Assembly (NCBI GenBank): GCA_964035545.1
Contig: OZ037765.1
Span: forward strand, 3,978,698-4,042,697
DNA from: Bugula neritina
Taxonomy: Eukaryota; Animalia; Bryozoa
DNA: 64,000 bases
Direction: 5' to 3'
The notes under the pieces were generated by a model. The model worked only from the letters and a program-made list of their open reading frames with translations, searched no databases and had not been told where the DNA came from. This document shows, one piece after another, positions 34,501-46,500 of this stretch. The stretch's first letter is position 1. Each line of letters begins with the position of its first letter. The position numbers and the translations under genes are program-made.

Positions 34501-37500
34501 TATTTGAGGTGGTGCTACTTCCTTAAGAAGAGGGTTGACTGTCGACTTAAAATCACCGCAAGGTCTGACCGAGCCGTCAGGTTTGGGGATAAAGAGTAAG
34601 CTAGTGGACCAGCTACTGTGTTCAACAGGTGTCAAAATTCCTTCATTAATTAGCCTATCAAGCTCCTTATCTACTACAGACTGAAGTGCAATAGGCACTC
34701 TGTAAGGTTTAGAGCATTTGGGGGTAGCGCCATCAACCAACTCAAGCTTAACTGGTGAACCTTTTAGCAAACCTTGACCTTTAAAAATATCAGGGTACGC
34801 AGCCAGCAATCGTTCAATGCCATTTACCGATGAACTTACCACACTCTTTATGGCTTGCCAATTAATTTGCAACTCTCCCAGCCAGTCTCTCCCCAACAGG
34901 GCAAACTTTGATGCACCAAGCACATGAAGCCACATCCGTTTAGTCTGGCCAAAATGTTTGACATTCACTTCCATTTTACCTTCACAATTCACCACATCTC
35001 CAGTGAAGCTACAAAATTTTACATTAGAAGGTGAAAGTTTTACATTGCTAAAATGTTTCTGATACAGAGAATAGGGAATTAATGAGACTGAAGCACCAGT
35101 GTCGATTTCCATATTGACATTAGCATCATTAATTTGCAAAGTAACAGAATATGGATTAGATAAATTAGATTTTTCTGCCAAAAGAGTGCTAGCTATTCCA
35201 ATATTAGCCATGTCTGATGATAAATCACTTTCATATGAATGTACAGGATGATATTGTTGAGCAATATTTGTTTGAATTCTCTCTCCATTACACATGGGTT
35301 TAATGTGTCCTCTTTTCCCACAAGAGTGGCAATTAGCATCTTTAGACCTGCATCTAGCTGGATGATGACCTCTACCACATCTCCAACATTTTGTGTTATA
35401 ATTACTGTTAGAATACTTAGCTGCGGGTAATGGCGGTCCCAGGCGTGGGGCTGTGTGACTGTTGGAGGCCTGGGACCTTGAAGCATGAGGACCTCTGTTG
35501 GTGGGTTGTCTTTCCGAATAGACTGCATTCACAGGTTCTGATGGCAGTGCTTGTTTAGCCATAGCACTTGACTGGTAATCGTCCATTTGCTTCGCTAAAG
35601 TCACAGCATTATCCCATGTCAGAGTTGTGCCTTCTCTTATCAATGCTTGTCTGATTGTGTCAGACCTGACACCAGCCACAAGCCTGTTCCGTAGCTTTTG
35701 TTTTAACTGTTCAGTGGGTCCGAAATTGCAGTGTGTAGACAGTGCTTTGAGAGCCAGAATAAAGTCAGACACTGACTCAGTAGGTGATTGCGTTCTGGTA
35801 TCAAATACATACGCTTCTGCTACCTCATTCTTAGCTCCAAAATGATTGTCAAACAGCTCCAGCAAGCCAGTATAATCCATTTCGTTGATCGATGTAGGGG
35901 CTGATAAGCTCACTAATAGGCTCACAGCTTCACTCCCAAGCATAGCAATAAAAGCTGCTTTTCGCTTTTCATTTTCATTAATATCATTCACTATTAGCCA
36001 TGACGTAAATCTGGTCTTATAAGTAGACCAATCTTCTGTGTCCTGCTTGAATTCACTTATGTTGTCCACGGGCATAGTTAGAGAAAAATATTGAGTTCAA
36101 AATAATAAAAATAAAGACCATCAATCGTCGCCAGCTTGTTATATTTACTGAGGTATATTTCCAATTGAATAAAACCACGCTGGTATGCGCAGCGTTACAA
36201 CTAACAAAAACCGGATATACAATATTGAATAAATGGGCGGAGCCAAAATATAACAGATAATAGTACTTAACTAGTAAAAAGATTTATTTTATAGTGGTAT
36301 GTAACTGGTGAAAAAATTGAACTTTCTGTATTTCTAATATTTTATGCAATTTGTGTGATTTGCAAATAATCAGACAACTTGTTACCTCAAATATATGTTC
36401 TGAGAATTTTCTCTAATTCAGCACCTGCTTTGCTTCTGTTTGGTTTTATATAAACTATATTTTGTATTTTTCAGATAACTCTGACAGTACAACCAACACA
36501 AGAATAATAAATTATGGTTCAGCTGGATATGCTTTCATGTTACTCTTCAACTATAAGATAGAAGCAGACGGATATTTAGTTGGCTGGAAGTATATGATTG
36601 GTCATTCTACTAACTACTGTGACTCATATGCTGCTATCTGGAGACAGACAGGAGAAGGTAACTCTGCTGTATTCAATCTGATTACAGAAACTTTACTCAC
36701 ACCTGAAGATGCATCTACAGGAGGAATCAGATTCCAGTTTGTACAGAACTCTACAGAAGTAGTTAGAAAAGGAGACTTTCTTGCTCTGTATGTAGAAGAC
36801 TTGAGTAAATCTGGCTGTGGTAACCTCGTCTCATTTAGACCAAGTGTGTCACCGGATCCTTTTGCTTATATACGTTATCCAGCTAATCATAGCAGAGACA
36901 GAGTAGACAGACTCACAGCTTCAAATGTTATACAAGAACGTAGAGGAGTAGCACTGAGAGCTTACATAGCAGGTGATTATATTACACTGGTGCAATGCCC
37001 TGTCTCGATTGTTTCTAATAAATAATGCACAACAAATAAATGTGGCTATTTCATGTCTGTTTGTATGCACATTTTACTCATAGTTAAACTAAGTTGCAAA
37101 TTTATTTAGCCACTTTCACTAAATTGATAGCAAGGAATGTCAAATGATTTGTAGCGTATGCCTAATTAAGCCTTATCTAAACTAGGCTTTGCTCATTCTA
37201 ATTGACTACCATGTTCTAGTTTGAGTTTACCGCCGAACAAAATTATGCTATAGAGTATAAAATATGTGTTTTTGTATTTACATAGCTCTGTCAACAGAAC
37301 ACAAAAATATATTTTTAATCTGTAATCAACATAATCAATAATTTTCAAACTAGGCTTTTATCTAATTTTTAGCAGTTTATATCTTTGTCTAAATTTTTCT
37401 GCTGTGTACTGTATCTAACAAACCTTAGTTATATGTGTGAAACCTGCATTCATTACACCACTTGACATTTTTTGAATAACTGTAAAAGAATGAAAATTAT

Positions 37501-40500
37501 ATTTTCATGCTGATTGTTTAATCTTTTTAGAAATTCTGAAGCTGTCTGGAGACCCAGTATCTTCTCACACAGATGTGTCATCAGGAGAAATCAGAATTAC
37601 ATGGAAATTTCCAGCTACTGTACCCAATCAGGAGCTCACAACTACTCATTTTAAAATAGAATGTTCTGACAACTCCAACTTCAACACAATAATAAACTCT
37701 AAATTAGTTTCTATAGACTCCAGAGAGACTGTGATTAGTAATCTGAATATACAAAAACCTCACTATGCTAGAGTATCTACTGTGAGGAATTATAATGGTG
37801 AAGAGTTAATACAAGATGTCTATACAGTCAGCTCTCTATTCTGCGCAGGTGTGGTTGCTGGACTAGTAACAATGTGTATAAAATTAAACCCTTAATTAAA
37901 ATATTTACATTATTCGTTGAAATATTCAGAGTTATGTTCCCTGTTTCTCAAATGTAGGTTTCTGTCACTTCTACTAATACTATGGTGATATTCTATATTA
38001 TTGTACTGAGATCATATTATAACTAACTAATTATGTAACTATATTCCCGTATGTTATAGAAAGAGGTAAATTAACACCTGGAGAAGTTATCATAACAGAA
38101 AGGGGGATTCTGAAACCAGGAGAAGGGAGAATGATCACTGTGTCTGTACCTTCACTAGTAAGTTTATATTTATATCTTTATTTATAATTTCCTTAAAAAT
38201 ATATATTGATGTGGAAAAATATTTTGAGTAGTGTTGCTAATAGTTGTGTGCTACGGAATAGGAATAGAACCTGTATTTATCTGGTAGGTCTGTTCCACAC
38301 CAGCTTTCTTCATCATAATCATAATTAATTTACAATTTAATAAAGCGATTCACATCAATATTGAATATACTCTCAAGTCAAAACAGCAAACTTCTGCTAA
38401 ATTCTTTAATTAAATTAACCCTCAAATTATTTAAACTTATTCACTGTAACAGGAAGCTGATGACTGTGTATCCAGTGTTACATTAACTTATGGAAATGGA
38501 CAATTATCCAATCAGAGAAAGACAGGTCCATGGACTTTCACTAAACAGCAAGGTGTGACCTTTGAACTGGTTATTAAAGTAGAACTACGAGATGGATATG
38601 AGAATATAATATGGCGAGAAGATTACACAACTAGTAAAAGTGAGTAAAAGTTATTATTTCAAGTATGTATAGTGTCATGTGGAGATAACTTTGTTCTTGT
38701 TGATCACTTATATTGTGTGTGTGTTTCTTGTATTGGGAATGTGTGAGCCATTGTACTCTGTTCTGTGCTGATGGGGGAGACAAACCCTGTAACAGCTGCT
38801 GTACACTAACATATTATATTTGTAGTCCCCAACTCACCAGATGGACTGACAGTTGACACCAGAACTTCTACTTCAGTTACCATCTCCTGGTCTCCAGTAG
38901 TTTATACAGATAAGATCTACTCTATTCAACAGTATCAGGTGAGTATTATAACCATGAAATATCTCACTACTAATAGAATGCTAAGGATACTTAAAACATA
39001 GGCTAAAACTAACTGGTTGTTTTTATCTGTAATTTTCAACATTATGAAATTCGAGTTTCTTACAGGATGTAGGTTATTTCTATATCTTTCAATATGTGTA
39101 CAAATTCCGTAGCTTATGGGTTGTATCATACATGTGCCTCTGGAAGTTAGCAGGCATCTAATATTTCCTTGGTAAAATTGAGTTGTGTTGAATTACAAGG
39201 CTGCTGTCACGTTTATACTATTCATATCCATAGTTATATAATCATTAATTACTGACCATTTTGTGTGATTTTGACACCTAGAATAAAAATTTGTCACAGA
39301 ATCTTTTTTTTTCTTACAATTACATTTTACTGCAAGTTTTGTTTTTTCCCTGGCTTATAGGTTCAATTTACATTTATTCATAAGCCAGAAGTTAAATTCA
39401 GCTCTGAAACTTTTATTTTAGATGCCAAGTTAACTTACTAAACTTTATGGGGGCGTGGCTCTATGCTCCATAACTTACCTGCATATTACGTTGTTTAACC
39501 TGATAATCACCTCTGTAGTGATATTGGTACAAAGTAGTTCACTCTTTATAATATGCTCATTTTCATGATTAAGTATTAGCTTGCTGCTGGCTGAATATAT
39601 CTGGGATATTTATTTAGACTAAACCATTCTTGTTGTCACAAGACAAAGGAGCTTTTGATAATATGGGATGCATTTCGAGGTAGAAGTTGTGCTTATATTT
39701 TTGTGAAAGTTACCAGACGTATACTACTTTATTTAACTTCATAATTTTCCATGCAAGTTGTGCTCCTAGTTTACTAGTCCTCATTCATTCCTTACACAGT
39801 AATATATCCTTGGCATTCCCATTCTTTTTAGATTCTTCTTCATTATAAAAATGTGCTTTCTCCTGTGCAAATTTGTTTAAGGAGGGTATCTCCCAATATA
39901 AAGATATTTGATACAAAAATGAAAATGATATTTGCTCTATATAATACTGTTGTAATGTACAATCACCGGTTACAGGTAACATGCATAACAACCAACAACA
40001 CCTTTAATGATAGTGTGACAGTGAACTCAGAGAGTTACTATAACACACCTGACTCTTCTACCACCTCTCTAACTATAGAATCACTCTATAGTCAAGTAGA
40101 ATACAGCTGTACAGTTAAAGCTCTTCTGTCTGAAAATGAGTTTGGAGAAAGTTCTAGAGAAGTTGTGTTCTGGACTAAACCTGAAGGTAAATGATTTTAA
40201 AGTCACGAAGCTGCAGTTTGGTTTAACCTATGGCCAAATACATTTGGTTTTTAATAACTAGTGTTGAAACACATTAAATAGTCTGCAAAAGCTTAGAAGA
40301 TGCCATTAGTTATTAAAATAACCAATAAAAATGTTTTACTTTAGAGCCAATGTTGACATACAGCAATGATGGCAATAATACAGTAAATCCATCAGAGGAA
40401 ACCATCACAGTACCTCTACCAAACATCACTTTATCTGATGATATTCTGAAAGGATATGACTCCATGGTTATTGTTGTTGAAAAGCTGTCATCCAGGAAAA

Positions 40501-43500
40501 AGAGATCCATTACTGTAGATAGAATAGACAATGTGACTGTTTATATAACAGCATCATTTCCTGTTACCAACTATTCATCCTCACTTAGTGTTGGTGATAA
40601 CCAGACATATGGTGGATACTGGAACAGACCTCTAGACAACCAATACTCTTATCACATTGCTGTTGGATTCAAGGCTAAGACTGAAGCTGATGTTTTGAAG
40701 TTTACCACTATTCCTGGTGTAGAGTCTGTAAGATGTGAGTGTGTGACTGAGCGTTGTGCTCGACTTCAATGTTTGTTCAGATTTTTAGTTCAGGTTTCAG
40801 TTGAATTAGCGATCAGTGTGCTCACTTGTCTCTGTATATTGAGATAGCATGAAGAGAACGTTTACTCATGTGTATATTATACAGTGAAAGGAGCTCCTCC
40901 TAGCAGTAGAACTACTGAGATAAGCACAGCACCAACACAGAAACCGGGAAATATGGGAGGAGTTATTGGGGGTGTCGTAGGAGGACTCACAGCTTTGGTT
41001 ATAGTGATGGTGGTAGTGGCTGTAGTTATGAAGAGGCGTAAGAAGTAAGCAACTTGCATGTGTAGAACTGTTTCTGTTAATAACGAAATAATATGTTGAA
41101 TATATATTAGTATTTGTTACATTTTAGCTCGGGTTCTGAAGATCCTAAACCTTCCTCATCTTCTCACCTCCGCCGACCTGTCTCAGAGAAACCTGGCAGT
41201 AAGTAATACTGTAGTTATTCTGTGTAGCTTTGTGGGTACACTTCAGATAGTAAAAAGCTTGTTTCTAATTATAAAGAGACTATATAAGTATCTACATGGT
41301 AACCCACGGAGCCATCGGAAAACTCGAATCGAATGACTGAATGTCATTGATAGTTCTTGGTTACCATTGCAGCTATTTTCATACTATACCTCTGCATTAT
41401 TAAAGCTGATGAGTCACGTGAAAATAATTGAAATTTAAAAAATGATTAAATATTTCTAAACATGGAACAGTAATTTAGTTTAAAATTTTTCTTTTTGTTT
41501 GTTGACAAATTGTTACTGCAGTTTTGGACGACTTATCAAACAGAAATCTTTTAGCATCTACAGCTTCATAATATACAGTTTACAGTAGTTTTCTCTTCTT
41601 AAAAGCTGAATTAACAAGTTAATATGCAGCAACTGGGAAAAGTTAAATTAGGATTTTCATTGAATGATTATCTTAACTATTTATAGCTTTTTACAAGAGT
41701 AGAATCACGATTTATAAATTTGTTTTGAATTTTTTTGTTCTCAGGATTTACGATTGTACACCATTATTGTATGTTTATCTGTCTTATAGAAGCCCCTAAG
41801 CCTATAAGTAGTACTGCACCTTCTTCTACAATACCTGAAGCCACAACTCTTGTCAGGGAGAATAACAGTGCTGAGGGGTCACATGATCAACATACAGACA
41901 ACACGTATGAGAATACAGCTAAACTAAGTCCAGCTGCATCACGGCCTCTGCTCATTCCACAACTTCACTCACTTATCAGTGCGGAAATCAGCACCTTCCA
42001 TAAAGACTCTTTCAAAGAAGAGTTTTTGGTTAGTTTTTAGAATTATTGAACTTATAATCTCTTGATATATAATTTATGGTGTCCGATAAAAATTGCACAG
42101 GAACAAAGGGCACAGGTGGCAAAGTAGGTATAACTGGCGCATTTTCAATATCAAACTCATGGCTTTAGAATGAGGGTTTGTGCTATGAATTGGGGGTTTG
42201 GGGTTGTAGGATTAGGGTTTGAGGTTTGAGAAAATTGAACATCAGTGTGCCAACGTTACCTACTTTCCATTTGTGCCATTATTATCTAAAGTGATATTTT
42301 AGGGCTAGATAGTTTGTATTAAGGCCTGGTCTCACTCCCATGATAATCACAAAAAATTCGTGTGAATATTGTCGTGAGTTATCCTCTCGTTGTGACCAGC
42401 CACACACTCGTCGGACGAAACACATAATAAATAGTCCAAGAATGAGTCTTGCACGAGATACAAACAGCAGAAAATTGCCAGACACAGAAACGTGATAGAA
42501 ATGAAATAATCACAGTTGTTGAAGTTTTGTTAACCAATCAAATGGTGCTCATCGTCAATTGCGATTTTTTGTTCATTGTTTTTGATGGGTGCACCCAGCA
42601 AACCCGATTTCGTTTGAATTCCCTGAAATTTGATCGTAAGTTTGTGTTTTCGTGTCAAGTAGAAGATTTCATGTGATTCTCACCAGTGTGTGGCCAGGCC
42701 CTACTTTACTCATCAGTTAACTTAGTTTAATTATTTTCCAATAAAATTGAATATTTTTCAGCAAATCAAAGCTCCTGCTCTGCCTTGTAAAGTTGGCCGG
42801 CTGCCAGAAAATGTGAAGAGAAACAGATTCAAGAATATCATTGCAGGTAACATTTGGAGAAGAAAAGCTGCTTGTTTCTAAAATTCTAAAAGTTTAATTT
42901 AATTTGTGAGTTTGTAAAGAATTTTTGTGCATACAAATGTGAAGGTCATGTGAAGGTGACATGCTGGATTACGAGTTTCTACAAAATATTTGCACAATGA
43001 CATCATACTATCTTAATGCTATCTATTTGTACAAGGGTATGTATTATAAATTTCATACTTGTAATATAGGATATGTTTCACAACTAAAATCCTCTCCTAA
43101 ATATTCAACTCTCACTTATTTTTAGCCGATGAAACTCGAGTAAAGCTGAAGGTGGATGAGTATGACTCAGACTATGTCAATGCCAACTACATTCAAGTAT
43201 GTCACCATTTATTGGATACTCTTTCCAGCAATTGTTGAGACGCCCTTTGTTTTTTCAATAGCAACTAAAGTGCATTGGCTACGTGATTGTTGATTCAGAT
43301 GTGGTAGTGATGGAAATGGTTCTTATTTATATTGGCTCAAATGTTTCAAAGTTGTACTTTAGTAAAAATAAGCAAACATGTAGCTTGGAAATCAATTCAA
43401 TTCATTGTCTTCAATAGTTATTATTAATTTGCCATCTTTATTCCATTTTATCTATCTAGTCTTAGAAATACTGATCATACAGCATTATAATATTTATTAG

Positions 43501-46500
43501 ATAATAATTCTGAACTATATATTTTAGGATTATCATGGACGTCAGAAGTTCATTGCCTGTCAAGGTACTCATTACAATTACCACTACTATGTATCTTTTT
43601 TATGCCTTATATATGTGTTGATGTACATATGATATGATAATTATAGCTTATAGAAACATATAATTTCCATATGACTAGAATGACTTATTGCTGTGATTTT
43701 GTTTACTGAGCTTTATTTTGTTGAGATTATCATATGATTGATATTTTATTACAGCTACTCACCTGTTACTCAAAAGTAGTCCAATGGTAAAGCTGCATTC
43801 ATGTTTCCTTGTTGTTACCAGTGCTGCTATTGGTTACTATCTATTAGATTGCTAGTTGGTCTGCTATCCTCTGTCCAGTTACTATCCTCTGTTATTGTTT
43901 TAAAAATCCAACAATTAATATTAAGAGATTTCAATGGAGACATCAATGTGACTATGATCTCTATTATTCCTGTGTTTAATTTGTATAGTGAATCTAGTAT
44001 GTTGTGTTTGTGTCTACTTGTTTGCGGTACATTCAACTAGCACATTTGCCTTGTACATTCCTGTAGTCAGCCATATAATGTAATGCTTTTGTGTATCTCC
44101 TGACTTGGTGTAGTTCAGTGTTCATGAAATATAATTTTATCTTTCTTCTTCAGAATTAAAATGTTGCAATGATTTATTTGTGATTATTACCTTTTAATTA
44201 TCTGATTATCATCAACAATAAGTGGTATATTATGTTACTGCATCTTATTTAGTCATAACTAGCTGTAGGTCTCTCTCTTGTGTAGAGTGAGAGCTCCTAA
44301 CAGCTTTCACTGATTATAAAATGCTTAGAAATCAGGCACAATGCCTGGCAAAGTGTTGACTTTAAAATTTGTTTGCTTTGAAATAAATTTAGGATAAATT
44401 CCCAATATTGCAGGACCAAATGATGCGACTCTGGAAGACATGTGGAGACTAATCCATGACTCCGGTACTTCCACTATAGTGATGCTGACTAACCCAGTGG
44501 AGGCTACAAAGGTTGGACTTCCTGTACAGTCTGCTCTGTGTTGTGTGAAATTATCAACTGTTGGTTGTTGGTAATTGTATGTCTTGTGTTTGTAGAAAAA
44601 GTGTTCAGTTTACTGGCCTGACAGCAGCCAAGTTAGTGTGACCTTTGGCAAGTTCAAGGTCACTCTGATAGAGGAGCAGATGTTTGCGGAATATGTTGTC
44701 AGAAAACTTAAGTATACTTTCAACAAGGTGAGTCATATTACTACTACTACTAGTAGTACTACTGCTACTATTGCTGCTACTACTACTACTAGTACTACTA
44801 CTGCTACTACTGCTACTGCTAGTACTGCTACTGCTGCTGCTGCTGCTACTACTACTTCGTTTGATCAAAATGATATATATTCCCATCTAATAACACTGCT
44901 GCTACTGCTGCTGCTGCTGCTACTGCTGCTACTACTGCTACTTCTATTTCCACTAGTATATATTCCCATCTACTGCTGCTACTGCTGCTACTGCTACTAA
45001 TAGTAATGGTGTATCTTCCCATCTAATAACACTCATACTGAGAGATATTTTGGTGATTCAGGTTTCTCGACAAGTAAAGCAGTTCCATTTCACTCAGTGG
45101 CCTGACCACGGAGTTCCAACCACCTCAGGACTTCTCAGTTTCCGACACAGAGTCAAGCAAGACATGTCTGCTAGCTATAAGCCTGCTATTATCCACTGCA
45201 GGTAGGTTGTATCTGCTAGCTATAAGCCTGCTATTATCCACTGCAGGTAGGTTGTATCTGCTAGCTATAAGTCCGCTAATATCCACTGCAGGTAGGTTGT
45301 ATCTGTTAGCTATAAGTCTGCTATTATCCACTGCAGATAGGTTGTATCTACTAGCTATAAGTATGCTATTATCCACTGCAGGTAGGTTGTATCTGCTAGC
45401 TATAAGTCTGCTATTATCTACTGCAGATAGGTTGTATCTACTAGCTATAAGTATGCTATTATCCACTGCAGGTAGGTTGTATCTGGTAGCTATAAGTCTG
45501 GTATTATTCACTGCAGGTAGGCTGTATCTGTTAGCTATAAGTCTGCTATTATTCACTGCAGGTAGGTTGTATCTGCTAGCTATAAGTCTGCTATTATCCA
45601 CTGCAGTATACACATCTGTTTATATATCCTATACACAAGAGTGGGATACTTGTAGTGCTGGTGTGGGAAGAACTGGTACATTCATAGGACTGGATATTCT
45701 TATAGAAGAAGGTAAGACAACTACTGCTGGTGGACAAGATGGAACTGTTGATGTGATAAAATGTGTGTATAATATGAGACTTAACAGGACACAGATGGTT
45801 CAGACCCACGTATGTATTATCACTCTTATTATTATGTTTTGCCTTTTTATAAGTATATGTTTGGTGTGATTTTATTGATATAATTATATAATGTAAAAGT
45901 TATATTTTGCCCTTTTGTTCTCATCAATGTAATCTGTAATCTACCAACTGATTAATGTATAATATACAGTATATCAGTATTTCACTGTATTCTATGGTTC
46001 ATATTCTAGGAGCAATACTCTTTCCTCTATGAAATAGTCGCCGAGGCTTTAGACTGTGGAGATACTTCCATCGTCTGCTCTCAATTCTCTGAAACATTAC
46101 AGAAAATGCGTCAAGTTTGTCTTTTCTAATTCTATTTCAAACGTATCACATTTTTTTCAAATACTTCTTATTTCTACGATGTTTTGTTCTTTATATATAA
46201 TCATATTTGGCACCCTTCACTCTTTTGGTAATGAATAGATATTATTGGTTGTTAGAGACCTGCTAGAGGTCAGAGGTCAGTGTTAGAGCAACAGTTCAGG
46301 ATGGTCAACGCAGCAACAGCTTCTTCTAAGCCTCGTCAGTTAATAAGTCCAAACGCAGTTTCTAAAGAGAATGTTGAGAAGAATAGAGATGAGACAGTTT
46401 TACCCAGTAGGTTCTTGGTGTCTGGTGTTTTTTCATCTTCTGTAGTTTTAATGTTTATACTCTGTAAAATTAAGTTATGCGATCCAATAGGGGAAAGCAA

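Noticed and set aside
22078-35845. Many short + strand and off-frame ORFs inside the two LTR elements
   Set aside because: Shadow ORFs of the GC-richer pol coding sequence with no recognisable motifs.
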